Below are positions 23,004 through 32,937 of a stretch of DNA of 61,975 bases, one piece after another. The number at the start of each line of letters is the position of its first letter. The stretch's first letter is position 1. The stretch is taken from positions 1 through 61,975 of the forward strand of contig JAJZBS010000004.1 of assembly GCA_021851885.1 (NCBI GenBank), given 5' to 3'. The stretch comes from Actinomycetes bacterium. Lineage in GTDB: Bacteria > Actinomycetota > Acidimicrobiia > Acidimicrobiales > JAMCQF01. The translations under genes were made by a program, and so were the position numbers. The notes under the pieces were generated by a model. It worked only from the letters and a program-made list of their open reading frames with translations, searched no databases and had not been told where the DNA came from.

Positions 23004-25390
23004 GCGGCACCGGCGGGCAGGCGCGCGCCGCCGGTCCGCCGGGCGGTGCGGCGCTTGCGCCGTCCTATGACGACAGTGCGAAGCCACCAGCCGACCAGAA
23101 CGGCGAGGGCTCCCGCCGTGAGGATGATGGCGACGGCGGAGATCGCCGTTGATCGCACCGTGAACTGCCCCGAGGCGACCACGAGGCCACCCGTTGGCGT
23201 CGTCAAGGTCACCGTGAGCGGGAAATCCCCCGACACCCGGGCCCGGACGGCGACGTCGAAGGCACTTGTCGGGCGGTCGAGCACGACGGCCATCGTCTGA
23301 TCATTGTGGAGGAACTTGATCTTGTCGCTCGTCAAGTGCAAGACGACGCGCACCGGGAACGATGCACGCGACGTCACGGTGATGGGGACCTGGCTCGCGC
23401 GCGCGGTGAGGATGATGGTGCGATCTGGCGTGAGGGTGACCTGGTTTGTTTGGCGTGCAAGGAGGGAGGTGAAGGCGCGCAAGCGAGCGGTACGGCTTGC
23501 CGGGCGCGCGCCGGCCGTCTCGGCGGCGAGGATCTCGTCGGACATGCCTGCTGTGATCGCCGCCACAGCAGGGGGCGCCGAGCTGGGCATCGCCGATTCG
23601 AAGGCGGACAGACGCTGTCGAGCCGAGCGGATGGCCGCAGCCGGGAGCGGTGCAGCCGCGGCCGAGGTCACGAGATGGCGCACGACCCGGCTGCCGCTCG
23701 ATCCGGGGACCGTCGAGAACAGCGTCGACAGCGTGACCGGCTCGGCGACAGGGCTGGTGCGCAAGCCGGCGAGAAGGGCCGACAAGAAGGCCCCGTTGGC
23801 GTGCCAGCCCTCCGGGGCGGCGGCGACAACCCCTCGGGCGAACGTCGCGTTCGGCGCGTCGAAGTAGATCTCGGCGAGGTCGGCGAGCATGCGGTGCGCC
23901 GCAAGCACCGGGTCGTTGCCCGATGAGAAGTCGGCCGACAGCCCTGAGTCGGCGGCGATGACCGGGGTGGTCCCCGCACCCGTCTGGGCCGCCGCCGTCC
24001 CTGCGCCCGTGCCGGCTGCCGTCCCGGCGCTCGTTGCGGAACCCGCGTCGAGCAGGAAGGTGTCCGTCGGCGTCGTCGAGCTGGCAATGGTGGACAGGCT
24101 GGAGGGCGCGACGACGAGCGGTCCGGCGCCGTCGGCCTCCAGCTCGTCGACGGTCGCACCGTCCAGCGGCCCGAGCGCGATCCACGGCTCCGGCGAGGCG
24201 GTCTTGACGCCGAGCATCGTCGCGAGGAGCTGCCGTCCGCGGGCGATCTGCGAGCGCAGCTCGCCGGACAGTCCCGACTGCACGAAGGACAGCGGGTCGA
24301 CCGAGGTGAAGGTCGGGTCGCAGATCTCGTGGACGAGGGGGTTGGCGGCCACGACGACCAGCTGGTGCAGGGTCTGGCGGTCGGCGGCACGTCCGCTACG
24401 GGCAAGGCTGAGGAGGGAGGTGCCATCGAGGACGAGGCTCGCCGGCACGTCCGGGTGTGCCGCGAGCGCCCCCGCTTCGGTTGCCAGGAGCTGCGACTGG
24501 GCGGCCCCGAGCCGGCTTGGCGACGAGATCGTCCGGGTAGCGGCGGACCGAGTGGCGTCGGGCAGGGCGAGAGCCACTTCGAGGCGCGTCGCGCCGGCGG
24601 AGGGGTGGACGTAGATGAGGTGGGTCGTCAGGCCCGCGACCTCGCGCTGGGCGCCGTCGACGTTGCCGAGGAGGGTGACGACGACGGGGTAGACACCGTG
24701 GCAACTGCCCGCTGAACAGTGCAGGTCGACTGTCGCTGCCGGGGAGGGGGCCGGCACCGATGGTCCGGGCGACGAGGGGGTCGACGGCGACGGCGGTGCC
24801 GTGCCGCCGGTCGTGACGATGGCGAGGCGGAGTGCGACGCCGCCACTCGATGCCTGGGGCAGCTGCGCGACCGGCAGAGCCGCGGTACGCGCGATGGCCG
24901 TGCCGTGCACAGTTCCCGACAGGGTCTGGTCGAAGGCCGAGCGCGTCCGGAGCCGGGCGAAGACGGCGACCTGCAAGGTAAGGGCTGTGGCGCGCTGGGC
25001 CGCCGAGGGGGCGATCGCGATGGCCAGGTCGAACGGCTGGCCGGGGCTCACCCAGGAGGTTTGCTGGGTGAGCTTGAGGAGCGGTGCCGCAGGGGTCCGC
25101 GCCTTGGCGCTGTGCCGGGCGGCAAGGCGGGCCGCGCCGGAGCGCGGCGGTGCACCTGCTGTGCCACTGGCACGGGTCTTGCCCGCGCCAGGCTGCCGGG
25201 TGCCGGCGAGCACGGGGGAAGACCCGGGCCCCGCCCCGCCCCGGGAGGGTGCAGCCGAAACGATGGTGGCGCTCCCCGTGCGCGGGGTCGCGAGGGTCCC
25301 CGCGAACGCGGGGGCACCGGCCGTCGCAACGGCGCAGACGGCGATGCCGAAGAGGGAAAGGGCAGCGTGCCGCCGCCTCGCGCGGGTCAC
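23000..25390 (-). CDS. DUF6049-like exported, C-terminally anchored protein
   Basis: Signal peptide, HGVYPVVV, I.LTARASQVPITV...PV.V.L.LTSDK and C-terminal TM; conserved position upstream of murJ. Confidence 0.8.
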   Translation of the reverse strand: MTRARRRHAALSLFGIAVCAVATAGAPAFAGTLATPRTGSATIVSAAPSRGGAGPGSSPVLAGTRQPGAGKTRASGTAGAPPRSGAARLAARHSAKARTPAAPLLKLTQQTSWVSPGQPFDLAIAIAPSAAQRATALTLQVAVFARLRTRSAFDQTLSGTVHGTAIARTAALPVAQLPQASSGGVALRLAIVTTGGTAPPSPSTPSSPGPSVPAPSPAATVDLHCSAGSCHGVYPVVVTLLGNVDGAQREVAGLTTHLIYVHPSAGATRLEVALALPDATRSAATRTISSPSRLGAAQSQLLATEAGALAAHPDVPASLVLDGTSLLSLARSGRAADRQTLHQLVVVAANPLVHEICDPTFTSVDPLSFVQSGLSGELRSQIARGRQLLATMLGVKTASPEPWIALGPLDGATVDELEADGAGPLVVAPSSLSTIASSTTPTDTFLLDAGSATSAGTAAGTGAGTAAAQTGAGTTPVIAADSGLSADFSSGNDPVLAAHRMLADLAEIYFDAPNATFARGVVAAAPEGWHANGAFLSALLAGLRTSPVAEPVTLSTLFSTVPGSSGSRVVRHLVTSAAAAPLPAAAIRSARQRLSAFESAMPSSAPPAVAAITAGMSDEILAAETAGARPASRTARLRAFTSLLARQTNQVTLTPDRTIILTARASQVPITVTSRASFPVRVVLHLTSDKIKFLHNDQTMAVVLDRPTSAFDVAVRARVSGDFPLTVTLTTPTGGLVVASGQFTVRSTAISAVAIILTAGALAVLVGWWLRTVVIGRRKRRTARRTGGARLPAGAA

Positions 25391-25483
25391 GGCGGTCCGA
25401 GCTTACGATTCCCGGTCGGCCGAGGGCCACCTGCCGAGATGCCGCACAGCCACAGCGGGGGGGCCGACCGGTATCGTCGCGAC

Positions 25484-26602
25484 GTGACTCTGCTGGTGGG
25501 CACGCACCCCAGCTTTCTCGACCACAGCGCCGGAGAGGGCCATCCGGAGCGCCCGGCCCGTCTTGCGGCCGTCGCCCGCGGCCTCGAATCGTCGGGGCTT
25601 GGGGGCGAGATCCGCCATTTTACGCCGCGCCCTGCGACCCGCGCCGAGCTTGTCGCGGTCCACGACCCGGCCTACCTCGACGCTCTGGAGGAGGCAGCCG
25701 GGAGGGGTGGGGGCCGGATCGACGCCGACACCGCCTTCGGTGCCGGCTCCTGGGGGGCGGCGTTGCATGCCGCGGGGGCCGGCCTCGACGCCGTCCAGCG
25801 CTTGGCCGACGGCGAGGGGACCGCGGCTTTTCTCGCGCTTCGCCCGCCGGGGCACCACGCCCGCCCGGCGACCGGTATGGGCTTCTGCCTTCTCAACAAC
25901 GTCGCCGTGACGGCGGCCGCCCTCGCCTCGGCCGGCCAGAGGGTCTGCATTGTCGACTGGGACGCACACCACGGCAACGGCACCCAGGAGATCTTCTACG
26001 ACGACGCGCGCATCCTCTACGTATCGCTCCATCAGTGCCCCTTCTACCCCGGGACCGGTGGGCGGACCGAGGTCGGCGCGGGGCCTGGGGCGTGGGCGAC
26101 CCTCAACATTCCCCTACCGCCAGGCAGCGCCGGTGACGCTTACCGTATGGCCCTGGCGGATCTCGTGCTTCCCCGTATCGCGGCCTTCGGTCCGGATTGG
26201 CTTCTCGTCTCTGCCGGCTTCGACGCGCATCGTGACGATCCGTTATGCGATCTCGGACTGTCCGCCGGGGACTTCGGCGACCTGGCCCGCGCCATTGGCG
26301 CGGCAGCCCCGCCCGGACGGTGTGTGGCGTTTCTCGAGGGGGGCTACGACCTGGTCGCCCTTGAGCGCTCCGTCGCGGCCTGCGCGGCAGGGCTCGTGGG
26401 CGCGACCGTGGTCCCGGAGGACCCGACCAGCATGGGCCTCGGCCTCGACGCCGTTGCCGCCGCCTGCCGCCGGTGGGAAGGGCACGTTCTCGCGGGCCCC
26501 GCGCCGGGCGGGGCAGGTCGATCGGCCGGCGGGGCAGGCCGGTCAACCGACGGCGCGACGCGAGGTGGCGCACCCGGAGGGCACTACCCTCGGCGGGCGT
26601 GA
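25484..26602 (+). CDS. Zn-dependent histone deacetylase family amidohydrolase
   Basis: HPERPARL, RPPGHHA, GFCLLNNVA, DWDAHHGNGT, SAGFDAH..DP, LEGGY. Confidence 0.93.
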   Translation: MTLLVGTHPSFLDHSAGEGHPERPARLAAVARGLESSGLGGEIRHFTPRPATRAELVAVHDPAYLDALEEAAGRGGGRIDADTAFGAGSWGAALHAAGAGLDAVQRLADGEGTAAFLALRPPGHHARPATGMGFCLLNNVAVTAAALASAGQRVCIVDWDAHHGNGTQEIFYDDARILYVSLHQCPFYPGTGGRTEVGAGPGAWATLNIPLPPGSAGDAYRMALADLVLPRIAAFGPDWLLVSAGFDAHRDDPLCDLGLSAGDFGDLARAIGAAAPPGRCVAFLEGGYDLVALERSVAACAAGLVGATVVPEDPTSMGLGLDAVAAACRRWEGHVLAGPAPGGAGRSAGGAGRSTDGATRGGAPGGHYPRRA

Positions 26603-27978
26603 TCCCGGCCCGCCTTGCACCTCTCATCGCGTCGGCGGAGGAGCTTGCCACCCGTTTTGCCGATGCCGGGTTCTCCCTGTACCTGGTGGGGGGCAGCGTG
26701 CGCGATGCCATTGTCATGTCGCCGCCTGCCGCGGAGCACGACCTCGACTTCACGACCGACGCGCGGCCCGATGAGATCGAGGGCATCGTGCGTGGCTGGG
26801 CAGACGCCGTCTGGCTGCAGGGAAAGCGTTTCGGGACGATCGGCTGCCGGTACCGCGACCAGCGCTACGAGATCACGACCCACCGGGCCGAGGTCTACCA
26901 GGCCGGGTCACGCAAGCCGTCGGTCTCATTTGGCGACGACGTGAACGCCGATCTCGAACGCCGGGACTTCACGATCAACGCGATGGCCCTGCGGCTTCCC
27001 GGCCTCGATCTCGTCGATCCCTTCCACGGGCTCGACGACCTGGCGGCGAGGAGGCTGCGCACGCCGATGGCGCCCGAGATCTCCTTCGGCGACGACCCGC
27101 TGCGCATGCTGCGGGCCGCGCGATTTATCGCGACGCTCGGTCTCGTCCCCGACTCCGCGCTGGTCGACGCCGTGCACTCGGGCGCATCCCGCCTGCGCAT
27201 CGTCTCGGCAGAACGGATCCGGGACGAGATCGACAAGCTCCTGGTCGTCCCCGACCCCTCAGAAGGACTGTGGTTCCTCGTCCGGACGGGTCTCGCCGAC
27301 CAGTTCCTCCCCGAGCTGTCCGCACTCGCTCTCGAGCAGGACCCGATCCACCGCCACAAGGACGTCCTGGCTCACACGATTGCCGTCGTCGCCAAGAGCG
27401 CTCCCGACCGCCAGCTCCGCCTGGCGGCCCTGTTCCACGACATCGGCAAGCCGCGCACGAGGTCCTTCGATCGGTCCAAGGTGAGCTTCCACCACCACGA
27501 GGTGGTGGGGGCGCGTATGACGCGCGAGCGGATGAAGGCGCTGCGCTACTCGGCGGCCGACGTCGACGTCGTCGGCGAGCTGGTCGCGCTCCATCTGCGC
27601 TTCCACACCTACCGGATGGGTTGGACGGACAAGGCCGTCCGCCGCTACGTGCGCGATGCCGGGCCGTTGCTGGATCGGCTCAACGCATTGACCCGCAGCG
27701 ACTGCACGACGCGCAACGAATCGAAGGCCCGTGCCCTCGCCCGCCGCATGGACGAGCTCGAACGCCGCATCGAGGACCTGCGTGCCCGGGAGGAGCTCGA
27801 CGCCCTGCGCCCCGAGCTTGACGGGTCGGAGGTGATGGAGCTCCTCGGTGTGCCGCCGGGGCCGGCGGTCGGCAAGGCGCTCGCGTTCCTCATGGAGATC
27901 CGCCTCGAGGAGGGGATCATCGGCGCCGTGGAGTGCCGGCGCCGCCTGGTCGCCTGGTGGGCGGAACAGCCGGACTAG
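26599..27978 (+). CDS. cca: CCA tRNA nucleotidyltransferase with HD domain (PcnA-like)
   Basis: [47 protein letters not shown]. Confidence 0.93.
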   Translation: MIPARLAPLIASAEELATRFADAGFSLYLVGGSVRDAIVMSPPAAEHDLDFTTDARPDEIEGIVRGWADAVWLQGKRFGTIGCRYRDQRYEITTHRAEVYQAGSRKPSVSFGDDVNADLERRDFTINAMALRLPGLDLVDPFHGLDDLAARRLRTPMAPEISFGDDPLRMLRAARFIATLGLVPDSALVDAVHSGASRLRIVSAERIRDEIDKLLVVPDPSEGLWFLVRTGLADQFLPELSALALEQDPIHRHKDVLAHTIAVVAKSAPDRQLRLAALFHDIGKPRTRSFDRSKVSFHHHEVVGARMTRERMKALRYSAADVDVVGELVALHLRFHTYRMGWTDKAVRRYVRDAGPLLDRLNALTRSDCTTRNESKARALARRMDELERRIEDLRAREELDALRPELDGSEVMELLGVPPGPAVGKALAFLMEIRLEEGIIGAVECRRRLVAWWAEQPD

Positions 27979-29069
27979 GCGCCGGCGAACTCCTCCACCA
28001 TCGTGCGGGCCTCCTCGTCGCGGTACTGCACCGGGGGCGACTTCATGAAGTAGGCGCTCGGTCCGAGCAGAGGTCCGCCGATCTTGCGGTCGAGGGCCAG
28101 CTTGGCGCAGCGTAGGGCGTCGATGATGACGCCGGCGGAGTTCGGCGAGTCCCAGACCTCCAACTTGAGCTCGAGGTTCAAGGGGACGTCCCCGAAGTTG
28201 CGCCCTTCGATGCGGATGTAGGCCCACTTGCGGTCCTGGAGCCACGGCACGTGGTCGGACGGCCCGATGTGGATGTCGTCGGCGGGCAGGACCCGCTCCA
28301 TCTGGCTGGTGACGGCTTGGGTCTTCGAGATCTTCTTCGACTCCAGGCGCTCCCTCTCGAGCATGTTCTTGAAGTCCATGTTCCCGCCCACGTTGAGCTG
28401 GTAGGTGTGGTCGAGGGCGAGACCCCGGTCTTCGAACAGGCGCGTCAGGATGCGGTGGACGATCGTCGAGCCCACCTGGCTCTTGATGTCGTCGCCGATG
28501 ATCGGCAGGCCCGCGTCGGCGAACTTCTTCGCCCAGGCGGGGTCGCTCGCGATGAACACGGGGATGGCGTTGACAAAGGCAACTCCGGCCTCCAGGCACG
28601 CACTGGCGTAGTGGCGCTGTGCCTCTTCGGAGCCGACAGGCAGGTAACTCACGAGGACGTCGGCCCGGGCGTCACGCAGGACACCTGCGACGTCGACCGG
28701 CGGGGCCGGGGACTCTTCAATCGTCTCCCGATAGTATCGGCCGAGGCCGTCAAGCGTCGGGCCGCGCATGACCGTCGTGCCGAGGTTCCCCACTTCGGCA
28801 AAACGGATGGTGTTGTTCTGCCCGAGGAAGATCGCCTTGCCGACGTCGGCGCCGACCTTGGTCACGTCGACGTCAAATGCGGCGACGATGTCGATGTCGC
28901 GCACGTGGTACCCGCCGAAGCGCACGTGCATCAGGCCGGGGACCTCGTCGGCCGGATCGGCGTTCTCGTAGTACCGCAGGCCCTGGACGAGCGAGCTCGC
29001 ACAGTTGCCGACGCCGGCGATGGCGACGCGGATGCGCCCCGCGGGCGTGGTCGGATCAGTCGGGTTCAT
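27975..29069 (-). CDS. ino1: myo-inositol-1-phosphate synthase
   Basis: [47 protein letters not shown]. Confidence 0.97.
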   Translation of the reverse strand: MNPTDPTTPAGRIRVAIAGVGNCASSLVQGLRYYENADPADEVPGLMHVRFGGYHVRDIDIVAAFDVDVTKVGADVGKAIFLGQNNTIRFAEVGNLGTTVMRGPTLDGLGRYYRETIEESPAPPVDVAGVLRDARADVLVSYLPVGSEEAQRHYASACLEAGVAFVNAIPVFIASDPAWAKKFADAGLPIIGDDIKSQVGSTIVHRILTRLFEDRGLALDHTYQLNVGGNMDFKNMLERERLESKKISKTQAVTSQMERVLPADDIHIGPSDHVPWLQDRKWAYIRIEGRNFGDVPLNLELKLEVWDSPNSAGVIIDALRCAKLALDRKIGGPLLGPSAYFMKSPPVQYRDEEARTMVEEFAGA

Positions 29070-29785
29070 CTTGTGGACTCCTCGCTTTCGCTGGGACTGT
29101 CAAGAACGGGTGTGCCGGCGACGGCGATCCCCGCGGGGTTGCCATTGGGGGCGGCGGAGCGCTCGGCACCGGCGGAGCGCTCGGTTGCGAGCAGGCCGTC
29201 GAGCCAGACGATGTCGTGGCGCGCTGCTTGCCTGCTGTGCTCGACGACGGAGCGGGCGTAGGCGTCGAGGCGCCCGGTCGGCGGCGTGCCCTGGGCCGGG
29301 CTCTCGTCGAGCTGGCGGACGAGCTCCGCTCGCCGGCGTTCGAGGAGGCGGATACGCGCCTCGCGCGAGAGGTGACGCGCGAAAGCAAGGCGCAGGTCGA
29401 AGTAGCGCTCGCCCGACCGACCGCTGCCCTCGCCCGACAGCAGGCTCTCGAAGAGCTCGCGGCCGCGGTCGGTGATGCGGTAGACCTTGCGCGCGCGCCG
29501 GCTCCGGCCGCCCACGGGCGCTTGGCGCCGGGAGCTCTCGGCGGCTCTCTCCCCGCTGAGGGAGCCGGTCAAGGGCATCGCCCCGGCAGGGGAATGGGCC
29601 GGAGCGTGCGCGTGTTGTTCTACGGCCGTGACGGCCCCGGCCGCCTCTAGGCGGCCGAGAGCGGGGTACAGCGACCCAAAGGACAGGTCGGAGAAGAGCC
29701 CAAGGCGCGCCCGCAGGCGCTTGCGCAGCTCGTAGCCGTGGAGGTCCTGCTCTGTGAGAAGGCCGAGGACGGCCAGCTCAATCAC
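29066..29785 (-). CDS. PadR family transcriptional regulator upstream of ino1
   Basis: ELAVLGLL...[29 protein letters not shown]; same arrangement as mycobacterial Rv0047c-ino1. Confidence 0.92.
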   Translation of the reverse strand: MIELAVLGLLTEQDLHGYELRKRLRARLGLFSDLSFGSLYPALGRLEAAGAVTAVEQHAHAPAHSPAGAMPLTGSLSGERAAESSRRQAPVGGRSRRARKVYRITDRGRELFESLLSGEGSGRSGERYFDLRLAFARHLSREARIRLLERRRAELVRQLDESPAQGTPPTGRLDAYARSVVEHSRQAARHDIVWLDGLLATERSAGAERSAAPNGNPAGIAVAGTPVLDSPSESEESTR

Positions 29786-29851
29786 TGGCCGGCCCGACCC
29801 GACAGGTGATTGCCGCCGCGGGGCGAGCGCCTCTCGAAGGACATGTTGCCA

Positions 29852-29875
29852 TGATATATCGAGGTGATATATCGA
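29852..29875. promoter_or_regulatory. Putative operator: direct repeat of TGATATATCGA
   Basis: Copies at 29852-29862 and 29865-29875, each containing palindrome GATATATC, in the divergent padR/DUF5318 promoter. Confidence 0.6.
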
Positions 29876-29933
29876 TCAACCGGTTCTCGGCCTCTCCGCC
29901 CAACCGCAATGACGCGGCGTTACGCTTTGTGAG

Positions 29934-30380
29934 ATGCCACGGGGACCGAACGACCCGACCTTGCCCCATGCGAGCCGAGCCGTTGGTGTCGTCGACTACC
30001 GCCTGGCGCGCAACGCCGTCGTCGAGGAGCTGCGCCGCGGCCGTCTCTCCCGCCGGGACGTCTGCGACGCCCACCCCGAGCTGATGCGCGCTGCCCGTAG
30101 TGTGGGAGCGACGACCTCGGAGCTGTGCCCAGTCTGCGACGAGGGTGACCTCGTCCACGTCACCTTCGCCTTCGGTGCCCGCCTTCCGGCCGGGGGCAGG
30201 TGCGTGAGCTCGCGACGGGACGCCGCGCAGCTGGAGCGGCGCGCGACCGAAGTGGCCTGTTACGTCGTCGAGGTTTGCCCGAGCTGCGCCTGGAACCACC
30301 TGGCGCGCATGTTCCTCACCGGTGGACGCTCGCAGGCGGCGCGCCCACCGCGCGAGCAGGCGAGCAGTAAGGCGCCCTGA
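29934..30380 (+). CDS. DUF5318 family protein (Rv0049-like); start uncertain
   Basis: VDYRLAR, DVCDAHPEL.RAA, CPVC, YVVEVCPSCAWNHL. Confidence 0.88.
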   Translation: MPRGPNDPTLPHASRAVGVVDYRLARNAVVEELRRGRLSRRDVCDAHPELMRAARSVGATTSELCPVCDEGDLVHVTFAFGARLPAGGRCVSSRRDAAQLERRATEVACYVVEVCPSCAWNHLARMFLTGGRSQAARPPREQASSKAP

Positions 30381-30511
30381 GGGCCGGGTGCAGAGCGGGC
30401 ACAGGCCCCGCCTGCATTGCGCAGGAGAGGCCTGTGCCCGAGGTCACGCGGCCGCGGACCTCGACCGGACCGAGGGGGGGCGGCCGGTGTGGCGCGTCGC
30501 GCGACGGGAGC

Positions 30512-30844
30512 TCAGCGGGCGACGGTGAGGCCGAGGTCGGCTTCGATGAGCCGCCGCGGCTTGGCTCCGACGCTCGCGGCGACGAGATCACCGTCCCTGA
30601 AGAGCCCTATCGTCGGGATGCCCTGGATCCCGTAGCGGCCCGCGACGCTCTGGTTGGCGTCGACGTCGACCTTGACGACCTTGAGGGCGTCACCGTGCGC
30701 CTCGGCCAAGGCCTCAAGCTCCGGGGCGACGCGCTTGCAGGGACCGCACCAGTCGGCCCAGAAGTCGACCACCACAGGAACGGTCGACTCGAGCACCTCC
30801 TTCTGGAAGGTCGCCGGGTCGTCGGCGTGGGTGATCGTGGCCAT
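30512..30844 (-). CDS. trxA: Second thioredoxin
   Basis: VVVDFWADWCGPC, GIPT. Confidence 0.93.
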   Translation of the reverse strand: MATITHADDPATFQKEVLESTVPVVVDFWADWCGPCKRVAPELEALAEAHGDALKVVKVDVDANQSVAGRYGIQGIPTIGLFRDGDLVAASVGAKPRRLIEADLGLTVAR

Positions 30845-31154
30845 GAGCTATCTCCTCGCAAGTCGGGGCACGGGCAGTGGTCGCACGCGCAAGTGTCCGA
30901 TGCGGCCAACGTGTCGTCACCCGCGCGTATTCCCGTCGCCATGGGCGCACGACGGCCGCCCGGTACCTGCTGCCCGATATTGGGCGCCCGCCGCCGGCCG
31001 CCTGGCGTCCCCGCCAACGGCCGCGTGGCGCGAACCGACTGCCGGCTGGGGCGGCCGACTCCTGGCGACCCGGTAGGATTGAAGCGAACGCCCTGACCCG
31101 ACCAGCCGGCAGCCGATGCGCCGGACCGCATGTCCGGGTCGGCCGTGAGGAGGC

Positions 31155-31973
31155 ATGATGCCCGAGAAGGTGACGGTGCCCGGGATCCGGGCCCGCAAGC
31201 GGAGCGCCGGCCACGAGCCGATCGTGATGGTCACCGCCTACGACACGCCGTCGGCGCGCATCGCCGACGAAGCGGGGGTCGACGCGATCCTCGTCGGCGA
31301 CTCGGTCGCGATGGTCGCTCTTGGCTACGCGGACACCCTGCAGGTCGACATCGACGTGATGGCCCACCACGTGGGTGCCGTCGCGCGGGCACACCCGCGG
31401 GCACTCCTCATCGGCGACCTTCCCTGGTTGAGCTACCACACGGGCGAAGCCGATGCCGTGCGGAATGCAGCCGCCCTCGTCCGGTCGGGGGCCGAGGCCG
31501 TCAAGCTGGAAGGGGGCAGCCGGCGCGTGCCGGCCGTCGAGGCGATCGTCGGAGCCGAGATCCCCGTCATGGGACACCTCGGCCTCACCCCCCAGTCGGT
31601 GCACGTCATGGGGGGCTTCAAGGTCCAAGGGCGCCAAGAAGCAGAAGCCGACGCCTTGCTGGAGGACGCCCGCCGCCTGGAGGACGCGGGTTGCTTCGCC
31701 GTCGTGCTCGAGGGCGTCCCGGCGGACCTCGCCGCCCGGGTGACCGACGCGGTCGGCGTGCCGACGATCGGCATCGGAGCCGGGGCGGCATGCGACGGTC
31801 AAGTCCTCGTCTTCCACGACCTGCTCGGCCTCGGCTCCGGCCGGGTACCGCGCTTCGTTCGCCGTTACGCCGACCTGGCCGCGGATGCGACCAAGGCCCT
31901 GTCGGCCTTTGCCGCCGACGTCCGGGAGGGACGGTTCCCCTCGGGTGAGGAGAGTTACGGCGCCCCGTCGTGA
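31155..31973 (+). CDS. panB: 3-methyl-2-oxobutanoate hydroxymethyltransferase
   Basis: MVTAYD, ILVGDS, AVKLEGG, GHLGLTPQ, IGIGAG..CDGQVLV.HD. Confidence 0.96.
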   Translation: MMPEKVTVPGIRARKRSAGHEPIVMVTAYDTPSARIADEAGVDAILVGDSVAMVALGYADTLQVDIDVMAHHVGAVARAHPRALLIGDLPWLSYHTGEADAVRNAAALVRSGAEAVKLEGGSRRVPAVEAIVGAEIPVMGHLGLTPQSVHVMGGFKVQGRQEAEADALLEDARRLEDAGCFAVVLEGVPADLAARVTDAVGVPTIGIGAGAACDGQVLVFHDLLGLGSGRVPRFVRRYADLAADATKALSAFAADVREGRFPSGEESYGAPS

Positions 31974-31989
31974 TCGGCTAGCATCTCTT

Positions 31990-32060
31990 CGACCGATTTC
32001 AAACCCTGCTCCGCGGGCCGGAGCCCCGTGTGTCCGTCACCGGGTCCAGAGGGAGGACAA
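31990..32060 (+). promoter_or_regulatory. Candidate S6:S18 autoregulatory mRNA leader
   Basis: -10 TAGCAT at 31979; hairpin GCTCC/GGAGC; CCCTG can pair with the AGAGGG RBS region; CCG motifs present. No covariance test run. Confidence 0.4.
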
Positions 32061-32471
32061 ATGCAGAAACGGCCATACGAAGTGATGGTCATCTTTGACG
32101 CCGCAGTCGGCGACCAGGCGATTCGCGACGTCGTCGACCGGGTGCTCGATACCGTGCGCGCCGGCGGAGGCACTCCCGGGCATGTGGCGCGCTGGGGGCG
32201 GCGCACCCTCGCCTACGAGCTGCGCAAGCGGACCGAGGGCTACTACGTCCTCATCGAGGCGAACGCCGAACCCGCCGCCATGGCCGAGGTCGGGCGACTG
32301 CTCACCCTCGCAGACGAGGTCCTGCGTTACAAGACGATCCGCCTCCCTGACGCCGTGGCACTGAAGCCGCGCAAGGCGTCCCCGCCGCCGCCTGACGATC
32401 CGGGTAGCGGCGAAGAGGCGGGAGGCGGCCGCCGTCGGCCGCCGCGGCGTGAGAGCCAGGAGGTCGCCTGA
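32061..32471 (+). CDS. rpsF: 30S ribosomal protein S6 with C-terminal extension
   Basis: RPYEVMVIFD, WGRRTLAYEL, EGYY, RLLTLADEVLR. Confidence 0.96.
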   Translation: MQKRPYEVMVIFDAAVGDQAIRDVVDRVLDTVRAGGGTPGHVARWGRRTLAYELRKRTEGYYVLIEANAEPAAMAEVGRLLTLADEVLRYKTIRLPDAVALKPRKASPPPPDDPGSGEEAGGGRRRPPRRESQEVA

Positions 32472-32473
32472 CC

Positions 32474-32935
32474 ATGTCGAACGGCAACACAGTCACTGTC
32501 GTGGGCAACATCACCCGCGACCCGGAGCTGCGGTTCACGCCGTCGGGTCAGGCCACGGCCTCCTTCGGCCTGGCGGTGAACCGGCGTTGGCAGAACCGTC
32601 AGACCCAGGAGTGGGAAGAGGCGACGTCGTTCTTCGACGTCGTCTGCTGGCGTGAGATGGCCGAGAACGCCGGAGAGTCGTTGAGCCGGGGTGCCCGGGT
32701 CATCGTCACCGGCCGTCTCGAGCAGCGCAGCTGGGAGACCCCGGAGGGTGATCGAAGGTCGAAGGTCGAAATCGTTGCCGACGAGATCGGCCCCAGCCTG
32801 CGCTGGGCGACGGCCCAGGTGACCAAGAACGAGCGCCGTGGGGCGGGCGAGTCTTCGGGCGCGCCTGCCCGGGCCGCCGCCCCGCCGCCCGCCGATCCCC
32901 CCGCGGGGTACGGCTTCGACGAGGAGCCGTTCTAG
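32474..32935 (+). CDS. ssb: Single-stranded DNA-binding protein
   Basis: [25 protein letters not shown]-terminal DEEPF. Confidence 0.97.
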   Translation: MSNGNTVTVVGNITRDPELRFTPSGQATASFGLAVNRRWQNRQTQEWEEATSFFDVVCWREMAENAGESLSRGARVIVTGRLEQRSWETPEGDRRSKVEIVADEIGPSLRWATAQVTKNERRGAGESSGAPARAAAPPPADPPAGYGFDEEPF

Positions 32936-32937
32936 CG

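Noticed and set aside
18202-30844. Two WCGPC thioredoxins as a recent duplication
   Set aside because: The sequences are clearly divergent and multiple thioredoxins are normal in Actinobacteria.
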